Source: Zygnema circumcarinatum SAG 698-1b (Eukaryota; Plantae; Zygnematophyceae). From it: a DNA stretch of 64,000 nucleotides. A program made the translations under genes and the position numbers. The notes below the pieces were generated by a model. It did no database searches. It was not told the origin of the DNA and saw nothing but the letters and a program-made list of their open reading frames with translations. The DNA lies in assembly GCA_037447605.1 (NCBI GenBank), contig CM074817.1, positions 1 to 64,000 of the forward strand, given 5' to 3'. Positions 10,910 to 23,400 of this stretch are shown piece by piece; the first letter of the stretch is position 1, and each line of letters starts with the position of its first letter.

Positions 10910-13900
10910 CTAGACGGTCTCCCCATTCGTACCTTTCGTCAACATGTCAGCCGCCTGATCTTTCGTCCCCACAAATCCGACGGCCACAAGTCCATCTCTA
11001 ACCTGCTGTCGTACATAATGATACTGTAGACGAATATGCTTAGATCTTTTGTGGAAAACTGGATTCTGGACCAACGCAATCGACGATTGGTTGTCAGTAA
11101 GAATCTTTACCGGGATTTGGGGTCGCTGGCACTCAGCGAAGAAGTTTTGGAGCCAGATCGCCTCCTTGCACGCGTGACCGGCAGCGATGTACTCGGCCTC
11201 CGTACTAGACAGCGCAACCGTTGCCTGCAAACTGGAACTCCATGTGACAGCTCCTCTTGCGTTGACGAAAGCGTATCCCGATGTTGACTTTGACGAATCG
11301 ATATCGCCTCCCCAATCCGAATCGGTATATCCGTACACTCGCGTCTCAACGCCATTGGCAAAATTAATGCCGAACTTTGTCGTTCCCTTCACATAACGGA
11401 AAATCTGCTTCACAGCTTCCCAATGTTTCGTACTTGGATTCTGCATGTACCTTGAAACCGTACTGACCGCTTTAGCCAAGTCTGGTCGAGTTCCAACCTG
11501 AAGGTACATCAAACTACCAATGGCTGACTTGTACGGAACTCTCTCCATCTTCTTCTTCTCTTCCTCCGTCTGAGGTGACATGTCATGGGAAAGGTGAATG
11601 GACGGGTCCATGGGACTGGTAACCGGGTGACAGTCCTGCATGCTGAATTTGAGAAGCACGTCCTTGGCATATTTTTCTTGGCAAAGAAACAAGTTGCCTT
11701 CATGCCCCCTCTTCAGCTGAATACCCAGTAAGTACTCTGCCTCTCCCAAATCACTCATCTGAAAGTTAGTTTTCAACAGCTCCTTGAGGCTCTGAATGCT
11801 CCTCAAAGAGGGACTGACGATTATAAGGTCATCGACATAGATCCCTACATACATCAGTTCTACCCCTTCACCTTTCCTGTAAACTGAGGCGTTAGTTTCA
11901 AACCGAGTGAAGCCATTCTCTGTTAGAAGAGTATCGATCTTCTCATACCAGATTCGGGGAGCCTGTTTCAGCCCATACAGACTTTTCACAAGTTTGCAGA
12001 CTAAGTGCTCTTGACCCTCCTTTACAGTTCTTTCCGGCTGGTCCATGAAAATTTCCTCATCCAATTTACCATATAAGAATGCTGTCTTTATATCTAATTG
12101 GTGCACATGCATTTTCTCAGCTGCTGCAATGGATATCAGGGATCTGAGGGAGCTGAACTTGACTACTGGAGCAAAGGTTTCAGTATAGTCTAACCCATAC
12201 TTTTGACTGAATCCCTTTGCTACCAATCTAGCCTTGTACCTATCAATGCTCCCATCTGACTTCCTGTTCACTTTAAAGATCCACTTGCAGCCTATCGGTT
12301 TCCTCCCCTTTGGCAACTCCTCTAGCCGCCAAGTCTGGTTTTCCTCAAGACTTCCTAGCTCACTTTTAATAGCTACTTCCCATTTTCCAGCATCTGCCCC
12401 CTCTAAAGCTTCTAAGAGGGTTTGAGGTTCATCGATACATGCCATCAGTTCTTGAGCGACTCCTGTGAAATCGGCCGAGTCATTCGGCATCCTCCTCCGT
12501 GGTCTTGATCTGCTCACGTCATACTCTGAGGCATCATATCGAGTGGATGGCCGCCGCTCACGCACTGGTCGCTGCACAGCCACTAGGGTTAGGGGCACAT
12601 TGGAAGTTACAAATTCAGAAGGTATAGGATCAGCTGCCAATGGTTGGCCCTGTGGTTCAGCAATGTCACATGGTGACCGATTGCGTTGTGCCTCCAACTC
12701 TTCTCCCATGCTGAATCTTGGAAAAACAATTTATGTCATGACGTCAACAATTGCATCTTCTATGACATCTTTTCTGATTGGATCAGACAGTGCTGATGAC
12801 GTGGCATCCTCAAGCACATCTCCATCATTCACCTCATAGCTTATATCAAATTTGGCCCTTTGGCCAATTTCAGATCCGAAATCCTTTGCACTCTTCTCTG
12901 AAGAATTTACAGAATTCTCGTCCACGGTCAGGTCCTTGCTCCTCTCTACTTGTCTTGTCCGTGGGTTCCACACACGATAAGTTGGGCTGTCCTCATTGTA
13001 GCCCAATAGGTGTAGCCCAATAGGTAGCCAAGGGTAGATCTGCTCGCAAACTTTGATCTTTGCTTGTGCTTCAAGACACTCATAAAACAGCGTGAGCCCC
13101 AAACTTTGAAGTATGCAACCGAGGGCTTTTTACCACTCCAAACTTCCTTTGGCACTTTCTCTTTAAGTACACTCGATGGGCACCTATTTCTGATGTAAGC
13201 AGCAGTCATTACTGCCTCTCCCCAGAAGGAAAGTGGATATGGGGACTCACTCAACATGCTTCTCGCCGTGTCCCCAAGGGTACGGTTTACCCTTTCAGCC
13301 GCTCCATTGCTTTGGGGGGAGTAAGGGGAAACAAACTGATGTTTGATGCCGTACTCCTCGAAGTGAGACTTGAACACATTCGAAATGTATTCTCCTCCGT
13401 TGTCAGATCGTAACGTCTTCAGCTTCAGGCCGGATTCACGCTCCACCTCTGCTTGCCATTTCAGGAAAACATCAAACGTCTCATCTTTGCTATCAAGCAC
13501 TCTAACCCAAATTTTTCTGGAATAATCATCTAGAAAGGTAATAAAATACTTTGCCCTTCCTCTGCTTGTGGGAGTGATGGGTCCACACAAATCGGTGTGA
13601 ACCAATTCGAGCCTCTCCTTGGCTTGACTCTCTTCTGAACTCCGATGGCTGAAAGGCTGTCGGTGAGCCTTTCCAGCAAGGCACTCTTCACACACTTCAG
13701 GTTCTCCTTCCTTCATCGTGATGTTGACACCTCGTACAAGCCGCTTGCTCACAAGTTTCCTCAGATTTTGAAGGCCGAGATGTCCCATCCGGCAATGCCA
13801 TAGTCTGGTATTCTGGTTTTCAACAATCATGTTCGCACGGAAATTCTGAATTCTGCCTCCATTCAGGAAGTATAGACCATTCCTTTCTGTACCCTTCAGA

Positions 13901-15252
13901 ACGACTTTCCCGGTTAATATTTCAACTACCTTACATCTCTTTCCATCGAACCAAGAAACAAACCCCTTCTTCCCAAGCTGGCTTACTGAAACAAAGTTAC
14001 TTTGAAGTCCGGGAGTGTGAAGGACATCTCCCATGGTGACAATCAACTTCTTTCCTCCTTCGTGGGTTTTGAATTTGACCGATCCTCCTTGGCTGACTTG
14101 CACCCCTTCTCCGGTTGCTGCATAAACAGTTCTTGAAGCCTCCAAAGGTTTCAGCTTTGCAAAGGAAGATTTGTTAGAGCACATGTGCTTGGATGCACCT
14201 GAGTCAATCAGCCATGGAAGTTCAGACATCATGTCTTGAACTCCTCCCACGAATTCTCGCTTCTCATTTTTGCCGTGCAGCTCTGAACTCATCATCAGAT
14301 TCGTCTCGTTGCCTCCATCACGGCATGCAGACGATTTGTGTCCTTTCTTGCCGCACTTGTAGCATGATCCGGTGAAGGCGATCTTTGCCTTGATCGGATC
14401 TCCACTTGAGGATTCTACTTTTTTCTCGGGTCGCCCCTTGTTCTGATAGCAGTCCGTTGAGAGGTGCCCAGGCTTGCCGCACGTGAAGCACGTTGGTGTA
14501 GGTCGACCTCCTCGATCGTTCTTCCCCTTGTTCTTCCCTAATTGCTTAGCCTGAAACAAAAGCACGTTTTCTGCAGATCCCTTCTTGCCTTCTAACAATA
14601 GATCTGCCTCTCTAATTCTGCCCTTCACATGTTCCATAGACATGGGCAAACTAGTGAGGTGAGTCCTTAAAGACTCCGCTGCCCTCTCATACTTGCTAGG
14701 CAATCCTATCAAAAACTGATGAATTTTACTAGGCAAGGGAATAGGCTGTTTGGCCACTATACACTTCTGCATAAGACTATCAAACTTAATCATATACTGT
14801 GTTAGTGTCTCCCCTTTCTCCATTTTGCACGCTCCTAGTTCAGCATACAAATTCACTAGTAATCCACTCTCTGCAACTTCATAGACTGCCTGTAAACTCT
14901 GCCACATTTCAGCAGCACATTTAATGTCTAGAAGCATAGTGGAAGGACCATTCCCTACAATCATGGCGATGTACCCCGCCGTTTTCTTGTTTCTCTCGTG
15001 CCACAAGTTGTAGGCTGTCACAACCGCCGTCCCCTCTGAGCCGGTCGGAAGAGGTGGTTTTGGAGTGCTCCCATCAACGTATTGGAAGAGTCCCTTGCTC
15101 TCCAACATGTAGGACATCCTCCACCTCCACTGTTTATATTCTGTCCCATCGAAAATCGGGACCTTATACCTGGGTTCCTCATCTGAGGTTGCTCTGATAC
15201 CACTGTTGAAAATTTGAGCCAGCTTCCCCTCACTACCCTCACTAATTGACAT
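10910..15252 (-). pseudogene. gag-pol: copia-2 gag-pol, disrupted
   Basis: All copia domains are present, including RNase H (YTDSDWGGD, TEAEY, DNQSSI, ADMLTK). A 14-bp tandem duplication TGTAGCCCAATAGG (12997-13024) causes a frameshift. In-frame TAA at 12731; probable premature TAG at 10910. Confidence 0.94.
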
Positions 15253-16944
15253 GCTTGCAGAACTGAAACAAAACACTTTTCAATGCACACACTGAGAAGC
15301 AGAAGATTCAATTCAGATGCACATACAAAAGTGTAAGGTAAGGAGAAAGCCCACGGCCTCAAAACTCCTTAATTAAGTATGGAAGTGAAACAAGCGTTTG
15401 GACAAGCTCACCGGCTTTCACTACAGCTCTGACTAACTCTCCAACCTCCTACTGCCCATACAGTTAGGCAGTTGCACTCCAGCTACACAAGCTAAGTTAC
15501 AACTGAATCAAGATACTAAAACCTATACAAATCCTACTTAAATACTAAGCAACGATAATCTCCACGTTCCACCGCAAGCCGCCGCGCGCCACTGCACTGC
15601 ACGCCAATGCACTGCGCGCCACCACACCGCACTGCACGCCACCGCACCGCGCACCTCCACGATCAAGGCAACGCTCCACGTCGCCTTGAGCTCCCTTCCA
15701 CTGAGCTCCCACTGAGCTCCCTTCCACCGGAGAAGGGGGGGGGCTCTGCCTGAAAGGCCGCCATCACCAAAGGAGGAACGTCCGTACAGTCTCCTCGATC
15801 CCTCGACCCTTCGAACCTTCGAGACCGTTCGGGAGTACGCATGCGCTTCTTCGATGTCCACGTGTCAACATCCGCTCACCTCAAGAATGCGAATCGTCGT
15901 CAGTACAATAAGGCAACTCCGCAGCCAACCGCTGCGGACCACGTGGAATAACTAAACTAATTCATTCTGAAATATCTCCCAAGTGGTCACGGCCTATCGC
16001 TGCTCGCCACGTGTCCAAATTGACTCCTCGTGTTCAGACCAACCGAACAGGACCTGGTGCCCTGTTCCCATTATGACTAGATCTCTTAAGGACGACCGAC
16101 ACGAGCTAAGTACCGTACGTTGTACTTTCTAGGCCTATACCCCTATTGTACACTACAGGAGCCTCTGTGTGGCCAGCGACAAACGGAGCTGTCCAATGAG
16201 AACACACCACTTGGCTGGTGTGTCCCGCCTTTCGCGCTGCTGGTGCCACGTGGACACCTCACAGCCTTGCTTTTATGGCAAACAATCCAACCAAGAGCGA
16301 CGAGCAGCTGACGTGGCAAAAAAAACCAACCAGGAGCCACCGAGCACGTGACCACATGTTCAGGCGGTATCTTTTGTCCTTTTGAGAATGAAAGCGCGGC
16401 GGGATGACGGACGAGAGCCGGCGGCCCCGCGGCGTTGGTGTATGAAATGTTACAGAGCAGTAACCATAGGATCAAGCATTGGATCAATCATTGCGTGGGG
16501 TTGCGCCTTAAGGCCTTGCAGGCACATACCATGTATCTTCGCTACTTTATTTTCCGACTTGCGGTCATGGTTTGAGCACATTGTCGAGGCTCCCGTCGAA
16601 TTCGAGACGTGAGTTTGACGCTGCTCGTCGGCATACGAATCGTCGTGCTCTCTAGATAAATTGTTCCAACCATTGGTTGCCAGCCATAGGAATCTTCCAT
16701 TGGTTGTTTCCCATGGTTGCAAACCATTGGCGTAGGACCGCATCAACCATTGCCACTGTTGACAGCCATTCGCTGCCAACCGTTCCCACCGGTTGGCAGG
16801 GTCCATTGGTCTGCCCACCATAACCGTCCGACGGTTGGCATCCCATCACTTGATCCCGTCATCCGTACATGTAGGTACATTACTGTAGCAGGGCCGTGCA
16901 GGGTCGTACATGTACGTACAGAGCCGCACAGGGCCGCACAAGGC

Positions 16945-17320
16945 TATAGCTCCGTATTATACAGTTTGAGGTTCGATACAGTGTATAATACAGTATTAAT
17001 ACTGTATTATACACTGTATCTCATACCTTAACGCAACTGTTAACAGCCGTACAATCGGAACATAGATCCGTACGGAAATTATGTACGGATGAGGTGTACG
17101 AACATGTACAGACCAAGTCACACGTGTTGAGTGTTTGGCAAGTGACGTGACTTGGCAAGTGCTGGAATTTCAATATTATAATCAATCTTTGTTCAACTAA
17201 GCACGAAAATAAAAAAAATACGTTAAATACATTAAAAATACACTGTATTTTAAAAAGTTGTATAATACGCATGTATTATACAGTGTATTAATACACGCGT
17301 TTGATACATACGGAGCTATA
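16945..17320. mobile_element. hAT-like MITE (376 bp)
   Basis: Perfect 13-bp TIR TATAGCTCCGTAT; 8-bp TSD CACAAGGC (16937-16944 and 17321-17328); AT-rich; absent from paralog ~42090-42130. Confidence 0.85.
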
Positions 17321-17473
17321 CACAAGGCCTCACAGGGCCGCATATGGCCGTACAGTCTCCAGTGTCAAGGAGGTAGCGGCGCCCCTGAAAGGTTTAGTCT
17401 CTTTCTCTCCTCGGCGCGAGGCGAGACGACAAAACCCTCCGAGCCTCTCCTGCTGACACGTGTCCAGGTGATC

Positions 17474-20400
17474 ATGCCACGTGGCGCCATGCTGCTCGTC
17501 CTCGTGGCGCTCTGCTGCGCACTGTACGGACCGCCACGAGTTGCGGGTTCGGTGCTCATGAACGACGACGACCGTAAGGCATTCTCCATGGCGCTGTTCG
17601 CTGGCACGCTCGCCGCTGGACGGAACTAGCCCCGCACAGAACCCCGTGCTCCCTGTGCGGTGCCTGCAAGCGAGCGGCGGTGTTCGCTCTCACGACCGCT
17701 GCGCGTTTTTTGTTTCAATTTTTCTGCGCAGGGAACGCTCTCAATTTTATAACGTCCACCCTGGGCGCTGGTGTGGGTTTTGACTCTAATACGCGGTGTG
17801 TAAACGACCCGAACTTTATAGAATGTAACGAAGACGGGCGCATCACTAAACTGTAAGGACCGGGCAGCCATGGCGCCACACAGGCAGGGGCGGACGCACG
17901 CAGACAGTCGGCGGGGGCTTATCCCCCTGTCAGATTTTGAAAATTCAACCCTTTTTTTTATTTTCATTATATTTTATATGTGTAGTTTATGTATTTTCTG
18001 CAGAGGGAAGGTTGTGCTCCCCCTCAAAATAAATGCTCGATCTGCCATATGTTCATATGAGCAGAAGGCATACGCCTTTGTAGTTCACATGCTCTGACCA
18101 AAAGGATGAGGAGGAAAAGTTCAGTTTTGTAGTCAACACGGGTGCAATGAATGCAAAAAAAACATTAGGAATTGGGAACTATTCTGCCTTACCCCAAGCA
18201 CTCTCATATACATGAAAACTAGGAATGAATGATCTCTCGAGAGCATGCTTGCTCGCATCGCCAGGTGCAAAAAGGACTGCATTTTTTCGAAGTTGAGAAT
18301 GATTCACAGTTATTTGTTTCTTGATTTCTAGACGTCAACTTAACGACGCGATGCATTCAACCATGTGTTAGTGTATAGTAGTTAGTCACTAGACAAGTTG
18401 TTGTTGGGACATTAGTTTTGTGTGCGTGTGTTGTGTGTGTGGCCCTTGGCGGCGATGTGCGCCTAGACCGACGGGCGGCGGTACGGACTTTGGTCGGTGG
18501 AGAGGCGCGGCGCGGCGGAGTCAGAATTGACGAGGCGCGACGTGACGATTCGAAATGTGACGTGGCNNNNNNNNNNCGCTCCTCAAGAACAAGTCAGAGG
18601 CTTTCAGAGCCTTTCGAGATTGGCTAAACCAGGCGGAGACAGAATCACGAGAAAAGCTGAAAGCTTTGCGCTCAGACAATGGCGGCGAATTCAAATCAAA
18701 GGAGTTTGCAGAGTTCCTGAAGAACTGCGGTATAAGGCATGAATTCTCTGCCCCCTATTCCCCTCAGAGCAATGGAGCAGCTGAGCGAGTGAACAGGACA
18801 TTGGGGGACATGGCTCGGACCATGTTGATTGATTCCCCCTTTCCAGCTTCTTTTTGGGGAGAAGCGGTTTCTACTGCTGCGTACATTAGAAACAGATGTC
18901 CGTCTTCTGTTCTGAAAGACTAGGTCCTTGAGCAGATGTGGAGTGGGAGGAAGCCCACAGTTTCCCACCTGAGGACCTTTGGCGCGCGATGCTGGGCTGC
19001 ACTGCCCAAGGCGCGACAGAAGAAGAAGTTTGACCCCCGAGCGGTGGAGGGTTATGTTCTCGGCTATAACACCAACAGCCGCACGTATAGGGTGTGGAAT
19101 CCTCGACTGCAGGAGGTCCTGAGCACACGGGACATTACAGTTGATGAGGGAAGTGTTGTTGAGCGTGTTGCAGACTCTCAGATCTTTCCTCCGGTGAAGG
19201 ATGACTTCGAGATCGTGTATGAGGAGGGAGAGACGAGTGGAGAGCGTGATGTCACTGTGCAGGATGCCAGCACATCACAGAGTGAAGGAGCCGAGCCAGC
19301 AGCTGCGTCAAGCGAGCCTGCTGATGTTGAAGAGTCGCCAGAAGAGNNNNNNNNNNCTGACGCGGCGCGGCGTCAGCCTTTGGATTGGCTGATTTGGACT
19401 TGGCGCGAAGTGGCGTCAGATTGTCGGCGCGCGATTCAGAATTGTACGGAGCTGCGTCGAATTGTCGGTGGCGTGAGACGACGCGAGGATTGACGCGTCA
19501 TCTATCTTGGAGGCAAGGTCAGATCCTACGGCGCAAGACGTGGATTGAACGGAAGGCTGAGTCGGATCCGACGGAAGCAAAATGCTGGATCCGTGTGAGT
19601 CTACGAGGATCCGACGGCGCAGGATTAGGATCGGGATAAGGCCCTTGCAGGCCGCTAGTCGATGTTGTGAAGCTTCGTAGCATGTTGTTGTCACGTGTGT
19701 AGTGACATAGTATTTAAGGATTGTTTTTGTTGTAGGCAAACAATTCATTCAGGCTGTTGTAGTCTCTGTTATGCTGTTCGCTCGTGTTGCGACACTACAC
19801 TTACTCGTGCTGTGAGGTAGTGAGCTGTGAGATTGCTGAGCGGTCGATTTGAGAGGGGGTCTCTCAATGTATGAGTGAATTCACTATTAAGGAGTTTTAG
19901 AGCCAGGAGCTTTCTCCTATTCATTTCTCTCTGTTATTCCGCTGTGCATTATTTGCTGTGATTCACTCTGTGAGTAAAATGGGCTATGAGTGAATGTGAG
20001 AGATTTGAAGATGTCATCGTCGATTGGAACGCGAACTCCGATGGAGGGTGACCCGAATGGAGGAACGGACGGTAGCAGTGGAGGAGTCCCTCCACCAACA
20101 CCATGACCATGCTTACGTGCAATGGCCTGCTCCATGTGCAGATATTTTTCAGCACGTAGTTCTGGTGGAACAATCCCTCCGCAGATAGGGAACCTTCGAA
20201 GCCTTCAATATCTGTAAGACGTCGACTCTTCTCGACGGCTGCATCCGGTCGTACCGTACATGTTTCTTGCTACTAATTATTTCGCAACAAACCCTTATAT
20301 GCCCTCAAAAGTCCATTCATGGACTCTAAGGAACGAAAAAATTCTTGAGAGCACGAGGCGCCTTGTTAAATCCGTTACATCAGTTAGTGATCTCGTTTGT

Positions 20401-23400
20401 AAACTTAACGATTTCCTTTTTACTGATGGATTTATTTTCATACTTCAGGACTACTCCTTGTAGACAAATTTCATGATATCTTGTAAAGTTCTTGTTTCTT
20501 ACTAAGTAATTTCCTGTTCTCACCTTTCTAATTGCACATCACCATTTGACATGTGGATTGGCTTTCTTCATTCAGGTGATTCGTAACTCGCTCTATTGCT
20601 GTGCTTATTGGTGCCCTGCTCATGTCAATGGGAGCAGGGACTTGTCTTCCAACGCTCTGACTGGCACCTTGCCAGCACAAATCGGAGCATTACGCAACCT
20701 CAATACCTTGTAAGGACAGTGCAGAACCTGCACTTCACCGCGTCAAACAAACAACTGAATTGAACAATTCCTGCGCTCATCCTTCACAGTCAAACTCTCA
20801 ATTTGTCATTCGCTAAATTATTAGGTGTCACACAAAAGCTTCTCAAAGTTTGCAAAGGTTCCTTCATGTGCTGATCGTGTCAAATCTGAGACAGTCTCCT
20901 CACGGGGCTTGAGGTCGGAAGAAGCTTTTTCATTATATTTCCCATTATCTCTTGTCCTTAATTGCTTTCGATGGCAGAAATATCTGGATCAGGCCAGTAA
21001 AACCTTTTACTTTGACCCTGATCTTGTTGCAGAACGGGTTTTAAAAAGCTGTCAAATTGGTGATTATTTCATACTTCAAGATTACTTTCTCCTTCTAGGC
21101 AAATTCCATTATGTATTTTATTGTTCTCGTTTCTTTCGAATTAATTTCCTGTTCTCACCTTTCTAATTGCACACATCACCATTTGAAATGAGGACTGGCT
21201 TTCTTCATTCAGGTGATTCGTAACTCGCTCTATTGCTATGCTGATTGGTGCCCTGCTCATGTCAATGGGAGCAGGGACTTGTCTTCCAACGCTCTGACTG
21301 GCACCTTGCCAACAGAAGTCACAAACTTACGCAACCTCACGTACTTGTAAGGACAGTGCAGGACAAGCACTTCAGCACGTCAAACAGACAGCTCGACAGC
21401 ACACTCTCTGCGCTATGCTTGACACTCCAACACTCAACTTGTCATTCGCTGAATCATTAGGTGTCACATGAAAGGTTCTCGACGTTTCCAAAGATTTCTT
21501 CATTTGTGTCGATTGTGTCTCATCTGAGAATGTCTCCCCACAGGGCCCCATGTCAGACTTTGCACATCACCATTTGAAATATGGACTGAATTTCTTCATT
21601 CAGGTCGTTTTGAGCTTGCTCTATTGCTGTGCTGATTGGTGCCCTGCTCATGTCAATGGGAGCAGGGACTTATCTGACAACGCTCTGACTGGCACCTTGC
21701 CAGCACAAATCGGAGCATTACGCAACCTCACTACCTTGTACGGACAGTGCAGAACCTGCACTTCACCGCGTCAAACAAACAACTGAATTGAACACTTCCT
21801 GCGCTCATGCTTCACAGTCAAACTCTCAATTTGTCATTCGCTAAATTATTAGGTGTCACACAAAAGCTTCTCAAAGTTTGCAAAGGTTCCTTCATGTGCT
21901 GATTGTGTCAAATCTGAGACAGTCTCCTCACGGGACTTGAGGTCGGAAGAAGCTTTTTCATTATATTTCCCATTATCTCTCGTCCTTAATTGCTTCCGAT
22001 GGCAGAAATATCTGGATCAGGCCAGTACAACCTTTTACTTTGACCCTGATCTTGTTGAAGAACGGGTTTTAAAAAGCTGTCGAATTGGTGATTATTTCTT
22101 TCTTCAAGATTACTTTCTCCTTCTAGGCAAATTCCATTATATCTTTTATTTTTCTCGTTTCTTACGAATTAATTTCCTGTTCTCACCTTTCTAATTGCAC
22201 ACATCACCATTTGAAATGTGGACTGGCTTTCTTCATTCAGGTGATTCGTAACTCGCTCTAATTGCTGTGCTTATTGGTGCTCCGCTCATGCCAATGGGAG
22301 CAGGGACTTGTCTAACAACACTCTGACTGGCATTTTGCCATCACTACTCGGAGCATTACGCAACCTCACTACCTTGTAAGGCTAGAGCAGACCCTTCACT
22401 TTACCGCGTCAAACAGACAACTGAATTGAACACTTCCTGAGCTCATGCTTCACAGTCAAACTCTCAATTTGTCATTTGCTAAATCATTAGGTGTCACATG
22501 AAAGGTTCTCAAATTTTGCAAAGGTTCCTTCATGTGCTGATTGTCTAATCTGAGACAGTCTCCTCACGGGGCTTGAGGTCGAAAGAAGCTTTTTCATTAT
22601 ATTTCCCATTACCTCTTGTCCTTAATTGCTTCCGATGGCAGGAATATCTGGATCAGGCCAGTACAACCTTTTACTTTGTTGGTCTTCAAGCATCCCTAGC
22701 TCGAAATGCTGATGATGGCTTCACTTGCTCCGTGTAGGAAACTCAATAACAACCGATTCTCTGGCAAGTTGCCTCCTGCATTTGGCAGTCTAACGAGCCT
22801 CACATACCTGTAAGCGAAAGAGAGTGTGGCGGCTTTGGTGTTGTGGATGTTATCAAGAAAACGAAATGTTGGCACTGTCGTGTTTCAAAAAGGACACTCT
22901 CCGGGGAATGACCCTGATCTTGTTGAAGGGCGGGTCATAAAACTTTGTCAAAGCACACTCTCTGTGCTATGCTAACGAATGACCCTAATCTTGTTGAAGA
23001 CCGGGTTTGAAAAAGTTGTTACAGAATGTTCCGTGGGTGTCCAAGAACTTTCCTTTCTATTTTAATAGGGCTTGCGGTGCGCTTGTGAAAGATTAATTTA
23101 CTATTGGCATGGCTCCTGGTTGTACATGCAACGCTAAAAGCATCCATTTCTTTTTGAGTACAGAAATGTTGCCAACAACAGCCTATCGGGGACCATCCTT
23201 GACACAGTTGGGAACATGACAAGTCTCGTCACTCTGTGAGTCCCGAAGTCGACCTTGATGTACTTCAATGGCTGGAATTCAATCACGCGCCGCTTGGTAG
23301 TATGTTTCTGATATTTTACTGCACACGAAAGAGATTTTCCTTGTTTTCGATTAAAGGCTTCCCGTCTCCTGTACTGCTTGAACCATCCCACTTAAGGAGT

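Larger units (their letters stand above)
8322..16157 (-). mobile_element. Ty1/copia LTR retrotransposon 'copia-2', full length
   Basis: TG...CA termini; TSD GGAGC (8317-8321 and 16158-16162); 5' LTR 15204-16157; 3' LTR 8322-10852 (interrupted); PBS TGGTATCAGAGC 15191-15202; PPT GAGAGGGGGAA 10853-10863. Confidence 0.96.

Noticed and set aside
15191-15202. tRNA-like sequence
   Set aside because: Only the PBS complement of the tRNA-iMet 3' end; no tRNA or rRNA gene was seen in the window.
20638-22375. Regularly spaced repeats as a CRISPR-like array
   Set aside because: They are spliceosomal exon-intron duplications in a eukaryotic gene; there is no repeat-spacer structure or cas gene.
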